A stretch of DNA of 64,000 bases from an uncultured Verrucomicrobiae bacterium (GTDB lineage: Bacteria; Verrucomicrobiota; Verrucomicrobiia; Chthoniobacterales; JAFAMB01): NCBI GenBank assembly GCA_963762565.1, contig CAVXLD010000003.1, positions 832,001 to 896,000 on the forward strand, in the 5' to 3' direction. How positions within the stretch are numbered: the stretch's first letter is position 1; every line of letters starts with the position of its first letter. Position numbers and translations under genes: made by a program. Positions 57,511 through 64,000 of the stretch are shown here, piece after piece. Below the pieces are notes generated by a model, which was given only the letters and a program-made list of their open reading frames with translations, did not search any database and was not told the DNA's origin.

Positions 57511-58446
57511 ATGAACCACACCCACTCGAACCATAGCGAGAAGCCACAGGCCGCCACCCCGGATGATGCGATCCGCTTAGCCACTTTCGACCAATACCGT
57601 GGCCTACTTTTCTCCATCGCTTATCGCATGCTTGGAACGATCGCAGATGCCGAGGACATGCTGCAGGAGACCTTTATGCGCTGGCATCAATCCGCGGATC
57701 AGAATATTCGCTCACCGCGAGCATTCCTAGTGACCATCATCAGCCGCCTCTGCCTGAACCATCTTCAATCTGCCCGGGTTCAACGCGAGGAATACGTGGG
57801 CGAATGGCTACCCGAACCACTCGTAACGGATCCAAACAGCGATCCGCTCAGGACGCTGAAAATCGACGAATCACTTTCGATGGCGTTCCTAGTGTTACTA
57901 GAACGACTGACCCCAATTGAACGTGCGGTATTCCTTCTCCACGAGGTATTTAACTATAAACATCCGGAAATTGCGGAAATTCTGGATCAAAGCGAAGCCA
58001 ACTGCCGGCAAGTGTTGCGCCGGGCTCGCCAACATGTGGGAGCGGTTGGTCGCCGATTCAAAGCCAACATTCAAGAGAGCACCGATCTGCTTGACCGATT
58101 TCTGCAGGCGACGCGCACCGGTGACATGGAGGGTCTAGTCGCATTATTAGCTCGTGACGTTGTCCTCCACTCCGATGGCGGAGGCAAAGCAATTGCTCTT
58201 CCGAAACAAATCAAGGGCGCTGAAAAAGTCGCTCGCGGGATCCTGCGAAGCATGGAGAAGACCGCACCCAAAGACCTAGTCGGCCACGCTGCCCATATCA
58301 ACGGCAAACGCGCCATAATCGGTTACGTGCAAGGAAAACCGTTCTCGGTTGTTTCCGTAAACATCAGCAAGGGCCGAATCAAAGACGTTTTCGTGGTTAC
58401 TAATCCGGACAAGCTGGCACGTATTCCGGATATGCGGGAGGGCTGA
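57511..58446 (+). CDS. ECF41 (SigJ-like) sigma factor with SnoaL extension
   Basis: AYRMLG..DAEDMLQE, YVGEWLPEP, DGGGK and NPDKL motifs. Confidence 0.93.
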   Translation: MNHTHSNHSEKPQAATPDDAIRLATFDQYRGLLFSIAYRMLGTIADAEDMLQETFMRWHQSADQNIRSPRAFLVTIISRLCLNHLQSARVQREEYVGEWLPEPLVTDPNSDPLRTLKIDESLSMAFLVLLERLTPIERAVFLLHEVFNYKHPEIAEILDQSEANCRQVLRRARQHVGAVGRRFKANIQESTDLLDRFLQATRTGDMEGLVALLARDVVLHSDGGGKAIALPKQIKGAEKVARGILRSMEKTAPKDLVGHAAHINGKRAIIGYVQGKPFSVVSVNISKGRIKDVFVVTNPDKLARIPDMREG

Positions 58447-58475
58447 TCCTAGGCAAGCGTGGACTAGCACCCAGG

Positions 58476-58736
58476 GCCTGGAGGGGAGCCGCTTTGTAGG
58501 TTAGCAGCTCTGTAAGTCGGCAGCCACCGAAAGCCTGCGGGGTAGACAGGCACCCGCGCACGGTCCAGCGCTAGCCAGTTGTGTGGTTGGCTTCCAAAAC
58601 GGCGGATTCTGCCACAACGTCCTTTTTGTATGTCTAACGCTGGGTAATTCCCGGGAGCCGCCTGTCTAACCCCGAAGGCTTTCGGTGGCTGCCGCCGGGT
58701 AGAACTGCCACCTTACAAAGCGGCTCCCCTCCAGGC
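58476..58736. repeat. Nested cassette (CTGGAGGGGAGCCGCTTTG shell, CGGCAGCCACCGAAAGCC inner pair)
   Basis: Inverted pairs; same family as 45313-45645. Confidence 0.88.
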
Positions 58737-58808
58737 GTTGGGCGGGCGACGACGCGTGTTCCTTGAGGAGCACGAGCACGATTATTTGATCGACGACGAT
58801 CAAATCGA

Positions 58809-58835
58809 TGTCACAAACGGTTCCCCTGCCCGGTC
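58809..58835 (+). promoter_or_regulatory. ECF41-type promoter
   Basis: TGTCACA-N16-GGTC, 10 nt before the ATG at 58846. Confidence 0.65.
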
Positions 58836-58845
58836 TACTCTCTCG

Positions 58846-59472
58846 ATGAAACTACTGATACTTGGCGCGACCGGCGCTACTGGGCTTCACGTCATTACCC
58901 AGGCAGTCGAACGCGGTCACACCGTCACAGCTTTTGTTCGGAACCCGGATCCACTCAAGAAGTTCGAAAACCGCATCGCCGTGGTTCGTGGAAATCTACT
59001 GGAGAGCGCCGAACTCGAACAAGTGCTGACCGGCCAGGAGGCAGTCCTATCCGCGTTCGGTCCCCGTCTGCCGATCGCCAAAGCAGACGCCGACTTACTC
59101 CAACGTTTTGCCGCCGCATTGACCAACGGAATGCAAAAGGCCGGTGTCCGGCGGGTTGTAATCGAATCAACCGCTTTCCTTTTCAAAGATGCGATGATCC
59201 CGCCCGCCCATTTTTTCGGTCGCCTGTTTTTCCCGGGAGTCGTGCGCGATGCCGGCGAAATGGAAAACATCGTGGCGAAGAGCGGACTCGATTGGACCTT
59301 GGTTCGTCCACCGCAATTGACCAATAAAGCGTCCACCGGCAAGTACCGGACAAAAATCGGTCACCTGCCATCGTTCGGTTTCAACATCTCGCGCGCCGAC
59401 GTCGCCGATTTCATGATCAAAGCCGGCGAAAACCACGCCTCAATCCAAAAAATCATCGGACTAGCGAATTGA
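58846..59472 (+). CDS. NAD(P)H-binding oxidoreductase (flavin reductase-like)
   Basis: ILGATGATG, DWTLVRP and ISRADVA motifs. Confidence 0.92.
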   Translation: MKLLILGATGATGLHVITQAVERGHTVTAFVRNPDPLKKFENRIAVVRGNLLESAELEQVLTGQEAVLSAFGPRLPIAKADADLLQRFAAALTNGMQKAGVRRVVIESTAFLFKDAMIPPAHFFGRLFFPGVVRDAGEMENIVAKSGLDWTLVRPPQLTNKASTGKYRTKIGHLPSFGFNISRADVADFMIKAGENHASIQKIIGLAN

Positions 59473-59653
59473 GTTCACAGTTCACGGTTATCAGTTTGCG
59501 GTTTGCCGTTAGCGCTCGGCCGCTGGTAAGCCTAGCGTTTAGGGACCAGCGCTCAGTCCGGCTGAGTCCCATAGGTCATATAGGTCCTATAAGTCTCATC
59601 TGCGCGACCCCTAACAACCGTCTCGATCACGAAACCATCCACCCCTCAACGCT

Positions 59654-59986
59654 ATGTCAGTCAGAAACGCCAAAAAACGAATCACCGAAGCGGTGAGCTC
59701 TTGGGGAGGAATTACCCTGGCTCCCTACCGGTTTGGAGGAACTGCATTTATGCTAGGGAAACGAGAACTCGGGCACATTCATGGTGACCGCCTGATCGAT
59801 ATCCCATTCCCAAAACCGGTCCGAGACGAGCTTGTGAGTACTGGTCAAGCCGAGCCGCATCATATCTTGCCGGACAGCGGCTGGATTAGTTTCTTTCTCC
59901 GGACCGAGGTCGATATCGACCAAGCGATCAAGTTAATGCGCAGGTCGTTTGAGGCTGCGGTCGCGCGGGGGAAAAAGGAAGCGTGA
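59654..59986 (+). CDS. DUF5519/luciferase-like small protein
   Basis: RELGHIH and HHILPDSGW motifs. Confidence 0.85.
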   Translation: MSVRNAKKRITEAVSSWGGITLAPYRFGGTAFMLGKRELGHIHGDRLIDIPFPKPVRDELVSTGQAEPHHILPDSGWISFFLRTEVDIDQAIKLMRRSFEAAVARGKKEA

Positions 59987-60320
59987 TTGGTGATTGGTGA
60001 TTGGTAGAATTCGTCCCGAAGGGACTGAACGAGCGTAGCCTGGCAATTTGTTGCCAGGAACCCGTCCTATAGCGGACCCGTCGCGTAATGGGGCTTCGGT
60101 CCCGAAGGGACAATAGGACTCAGCCTGGGGTTTTAACCCCAGGAAAACGTCCACACATGAGGCCGCCCTGAAGGGGCGGAAGACGATTGTGATCGACGAG
60201 CCGGATTGACCGACGTCTGCAAATGTGGGCAGCGAATTTACCGTCTCTTCGGGGCGGGCATTTTTCAACTCGGTACCTCGGATTAAAACCCCGGGCTTAG
60301 TGCTGTTGACCCTTCGGGAC
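59983..60320. repeat. GTGATTG heptamers plus GTCCCGAAGGGAC-type REP cassette
   Basis: Units at 60013, 60098-60180 and an inverted unit at 60260-60320. Confidence 0.85.
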
Positions 60321-60401
60321 AAGTGCCCACCGTCCCTTACGTGCCGCGGACCGCGGACCGCTCCATCTCGAATCCGCGCCTCTTCAAGCCCACCCTCCCC
60401 G

Positions 60402-60437
60402 CAAAGAAGATGGGGACTGGCTTTACCAGTCCCCATC
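60402..60437 (-). terminator. Intrinsic terminator downstream of the aldolase
   Basis: 12-bp stem GATGGGGACTGG/CCAGTCCCCATC followed by TTCTTT on the minus strand. Confidence 0.65.
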
Positions 60438-60468
60438 GTTTCGGTACCCCCAAAAAAGGTCGCGTTCC

Positions 60469-61374
60469 TTAGACTGATAATGAGACCGCGGACTGCGCAG
60501 GCAAATCTGCGGTGGTTTCCTCGAATTCACGCAACAACGGCTTTGCCCGATCCGATGCGCCCATGATCGAAAGCTTCGCCCGAGCGACTTCAGTCACTTT
60601 CGCCTCGGCATGCCGCATCGTCACTAGATGCGGGGGTTCATGCCCACTCTCCAAGAGTGCGCCTTCTTTCAACCCGTTCATCCAGGCTCGGACAATGTCC
60701 GCTCCAATGTTAATCTTTACGACGTTCATCGAGGTCGCCTTACGAACGTCGTCCGGATGAATACCGCTGCCTCCGTGTAATACCAATGGCGCCGGAGTAA
60801 CCTCAGCAATCTCTTCCAGCAGCGGCAGATCTAGCCGGCTGCTTTGTCCATGCACGGATCCCACCGAGACCGCCAGCGTATCGATCCCGCTCTCCGCCAC
60901 CATTCGCTTGGCTTCTTCCGGCGACGCTTTCTCGATTCTGCCGCCCTGACCCTCGCCACCAAATTGGCCAATCTCCGCTTCCACGGCCGCTCCCATCGGG
61001 TGAGCGATTTCGGCGATAGTCGCGGCCCCTTCGATATTCTCTTCTAAAGGCAAATGGCCGCCGTCATACATCACCGAGTAATAGCCGCGCCGTAGTGTCC
61101 GCAGAATCATTTCGTCCGCATCCGGATGATCTTGGTGAACCAATACCGGAACCCGGGCTTGCTCGGCTAAGAGCCTCAACAACTGAGGCAGCACGTCGAA
61201 GCCGCCATAATAAAGATCGCCAAAGTAGGTCTGCAGAATCACCGGCGCATCTTCAGCCTCGGCAGCCGCGATCACAGCCCGAGCGATTTCCAGGTTGCAC
61301 ACGTTGAATGATGGGACAGCGAATCGGTTACGAAATGCGTAATCGAAGAACAAACGCGGTTTAGTGACGTACAT
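60469..61374 (-). CDS. Class II fructose/tagatose-bisphosphate aldolase family protein
   Basis: HQDH, SVMYDG, VEAEIG, GSVHG, PLVLHGGSG and KINIG motifs. Confidence 0.92.
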   Translation of the reverse strand: MYVTKPRLFFDYAFRNRFAVPSFNVCNLEIARAVIAAAEAEDAPVILQTYFGDLYYGGFDVLPQLLRLLAEQARVPVLVHQDHPDADEMILRTLRRGYYSVMYDGGHLPLEENIEGAATIAEIAHPMGAAVEAEIGQFGGEGQGGRIEKASPEEAKRMVAESGIDTLAVSVGSVHGQSSRLDLPLLEEIAEVTPAPLVLHGGSGIHPDDVRKATSMNVVKINIGADIVRAWMNGLKEGALLESGHEPPHLVTMRHAEAKVTEVARAKLSIMGASDRAKPLLREFEETTADLPAQSAVSLSV

Positions 61375-61404
61375 GGTTTTGAGATTCTGAATTAGACCTA
61401 ATCA

Positions 61405-61484
61405 AGCAGGAAACACGCAAATACCCCTAGCATTAGTGCGTGATTAACGCAAATAGTTCTGGCTATTCCTGCGTTTTACACGCA
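61405..61484. promoter_or_regulatory. Three TGCG-N7-CGCA-like operator sites
   Basis: Sites at 61405, 61437 and 61470. Confidence 0.55.
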
Positions 61485-61760
61485 TGATTGTTCACGTTTA
61501 CCGGGTTGAGTGTCGCTAAATAGACCTGGCCCGCGAAGCTTCACCTAGCCCTTGAGCAGGCGGCACAGCAGACATGAAGGCCGAACCACAGAACCTGTCG
61601 CGCCGCAGGCTTTGCGGAGGCGGATGTATGCAGATAGAGATCTCCGATCGAGATTTTGCTACGCCATATCTGCGTGAATCTGCGGCCGTTTTGCGGTTGG
61701 ACTTTTTCTCTTTCCTTTGTGTCCTTCGTGTCTTTGTGGTGAAATTTGTCCTCCATCCTG

Positions 61761-62573
61761 ATGAGTAAAGACCAGAACGCGACGCTTACCCGGCGCCACC
61801 AGGAGCTTCAATTGGTCGAGGCCAGAGGCCAGGTCAGTGTCGAAGAGTTAGCCCGACATTTTGATGTCTCGGACGACACCATCCGGCGCGATCTTCAGGA
61901 GCTTGAGCGGCGCAAATTACTGTTGCGTACACATGGCGGCGCCGTATCTGCCGCATTGTTGGTTCATCGGGAAACACCGTTCCTCACCCGAGCCAACGCT
62001 AATGCAGATGCCAAAGCCCAGATTGGCCGGGCAGCAGCCCGGCTCATCTCCGATGGCGAGACCCTGATCATCAATGGCGGCTCAACCACCTTTGCCTTTG
62101 CCGCCGGGCTTAGCCTTCGCCGGAACCTCACGATCGTCACGAATAACGTGACCATGCTTTCCGTTTTACCCGCTGAAGCTGTGGAAAGCGTTTACATTCT
62201 AGGCGGCGTATTTAACCGGAATCTAGGGTCGACGATAGGAGCGGTTGGATTTGCATCGGGTAACATCAGCGTTGACACGACGGTTCTTGGGGTCACGGGA
62301 TTGACCGCTGCGGGAGGGCTTTCTACGACTCTTTTGGAAGAAGCCCCCATGATGGCCAGCATGATCGCGTTCGCCCGCCGCACCATAGTCGTCGCGGACT
62401 CTTCCAAATTCGGTTTCAACGCTTTTGCCCAGGTGGCCCCCTTGAATGCAGTCGATATCTTGGTCACCGATGCCGAACCCCCGGCCGACCTCCGCCAAGC
62501 CCTAACTCAGGCAAACGTCGAAATCATCTTGGCAGATCAACCGCGAATGGACGCCAATGACCGCGAAAACTGA
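61761..62573 (+). CDS. DeoR/GlpR family regulator
   Basis: VSDDTIRRDL, RTHGGA and ADSSKFG motifs. Confidence 0.95.
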   Translation: MSKDQNATLTRRHQELQLVEARGQVSVEELARHFDVSDDTIRRDLQELERRKLLLRTHGGAVSAALLVHRETPFLTRANANADAKAQIGRAAARLISDGETLIINGGSTTFAFAAGLSLRRNLTIVTNNVTMLSVLPAEAVESVYILGGVFNRNLGSTIGAVGFASGNISVDTTVLGVTGLTAAGGLSTTLLEEAPMMASMIAFARRTIVVADSSKFGFNAFAQVAPLNAVDILVTDAEPPADLRQALTQANVEIILADQPRMDANDREN

Positions 62574-62900
62574 ACCGCAGATGAAAGGAGATGGAAATAT
62601 CCGCAGAGCGGACACTAAAGACAGTTAAATATCCGCAGATTACACAGATTACACAGATTACACAGATTACGTTTTGGGGCTCCGATGGTGCTGGGGCTCA
62701 TGCGAAGATCGGCACCCAACGGTGACTTCTGTCAAAAAAAATGCTTTTCTGCTTTATAGCCTTTTGCTTTTCGAGGACAGGGAAAAGCCGAGCCCCTAGT
62801 AGCGACTTATTTAACTGCGGCGCATGCCCGACTGCCGAACGTAATCTGCGTAATCTGTGTAATCTGCGGATATTAACTTCTCTCTGTAATCTGCGGATAA
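62573..62900. repeat. Nonamer inverted cassette (CACAGATTA / TAATCTGCG)
   Basis: Arrays at 62630-62670 and 62841-62898. Confidence 0.85.
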
Positions 62901-62961
62901 ACCGTTCTTCCTCGCGCTACGGATCGTCTAATGGTCAGGTCTTTGTGAACTCTGTATCTTT

Positions 62962-63891
62962 GTGGTGAAAGCCTTTGATATTCTAGGGATTGGTTGTGTG
63001 TCGGTGGATGATCTCTTGTATGTGCCGGGGTCGTATCCGGCAGCCGATACTAAGACGCGAGTCTTAAGCTGGGATCGCCAATGTGGCGGGCTCACGGGAA
63101 CAGCTTTGGTGGCCGCTGCCCGGTTGGGTGCGCGTTGCGCTTTTGCCGGGTTATTGGGCTTCGATGACCTCTCCCGGATCGTGGAAGAAAATTTTCTGCG
63201 AGAAGGTGTCGATATTTCTCACGCGCCACGAGCCAAAGACGCACCGGTGCCGCATGCCGTGATCGTCGTTGCGACGGAACCTCGTACTCGAAATATCTTT
63301 TATCGAATCGAGGGCCGTATCGGGGCCGATGAGCATCTGCCAGACGAGCCGGTGATCCGGTCTGCGCGCATTCTTTTTCTTGATCAATACGGGATGACCG
63401 GATGTATCCGGGCAGCCACGATTGCCCGGGCCGCTGGGATTCCCATCGTCGCTGATTTCGAAGACTCTGGTCACCCACAATTTCCCGAGCTGCTTCGGTT
63501 AATCGATCACATTGTTCTTCCCCAGGATTTCGCAGAAAAAATCACCGGCGAAACAGTTCCCGAAGCCGCTGCCAAAGCGGTGTGGCACCGGGATTGTCAG
63601 GCGGTGGTTGTCACCTGTGGCACTGCCGGAAGCTGGTTCCTTGGGCGAGACGGTGTTGTACGGCATCAACCTGCTTTTAAAGTACAAGCGGTCGACACCA
63701 CCGGCTGCGGCGATGTTTTCCACGGCGCCTACGCGGCAGCTCTGGTCCAAGGCGCACCGCTGAACGAGTGCGTCCGTTTTGCCACCGCCGCCGCCGGCCT
63801 GAAAGCAACTCAACCCGGCGGCCAACGTGGTATCCCAACCCGGCAGCAAGTTGACGAATTCCTGCGGTCGCCACTCAGTTATAAGTTATAG
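62962..63891 (+). CDS. PfkB family carbohydrate kinase
   Basis: GG..GTALVAAARLG and VDTTGCGDVFHGAY motifs. Confidence 0.93.
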   Translation: MVKAFDILGIGCVSVDDLLYVPGSYPAADTKTRVLSWDRQCGGLTGTALVAAARLGARCAFAGLLGFDDLSRIVEENFLREGVDISHAPRAKDAPVPHAVIVVATEPRTRNIFYRIEGRIGADEHLPDEPVIRSARILFLDQYGMTGCIRAATIARAAGIPIVADFEDSGHPQFPELLRLIDHIVLPQDFAEKITGETVPEAAAKAVWHRDCQAVVVTCGTAGSWFLGRDGVVRHQPAFKVQAVDTTGCGDVFHGAYAAALVQGAPLNECVRFATAAAGLKATQPGGQRGIPTRQQVDEFLRSPLSYKL

Positions 63892-64000
63892 GTTGTACGT
63901 TTTAGGTTATAGGTTCTCGCAAGGAACGCAGAGAAAACGAACCCCAGATGGACGCAGATTATTCTCTAGCGGGGAATACCGCGAAGGCATAAAATACGGA

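Noticed and set aside
678..63960. CRISPR array interpretation of the repeats with spacers
   Set aside because: The repeats are inverted pairs or 6-9-nt tandems, not regularly spaced direct repeats, and no cas genes are present.

Overview
Bacterial chromosomal accessory-type window, most consistent with a soil Verrucomicrobiota (Chthoniobacterales-like) genome; this is inferred from a kinase-TolB-TPR gene, the PEPC type and the repeat families. Intact genes include ssuA (partial), ppc, cysK, a TIR-TolB-TPR protein, a Ser/Thr kinase-TolB-TPR protein, an ADOP-type permease, two type II TA pairs, a form II coxSLMG cluster, an ECF41 sigma factor and a DeoR/PfkB/class II aldolase locus, alongside about ten gene fragments. 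Three non-coding signals stand out. (1) An IS110 element (8669-10440) has an upstream ~190-nt structured region that looks like a bridge RNA: two loop segments match the element's own junctions around a duplicated CT core. (2) This IS sits inside a ~230-bp Tn3-type miniature element bounded by 38-bp IRs. (3) Many intergenic spaces hold nested inverted-repeat cassettes built from roughly ten different REP and short-tandem-repeat families, which insert into each other and into gene 3' ends. No rRNA, tRNA, CRISPR array or reverse transcriptase was recognised. All calls are by eye, without database searches.
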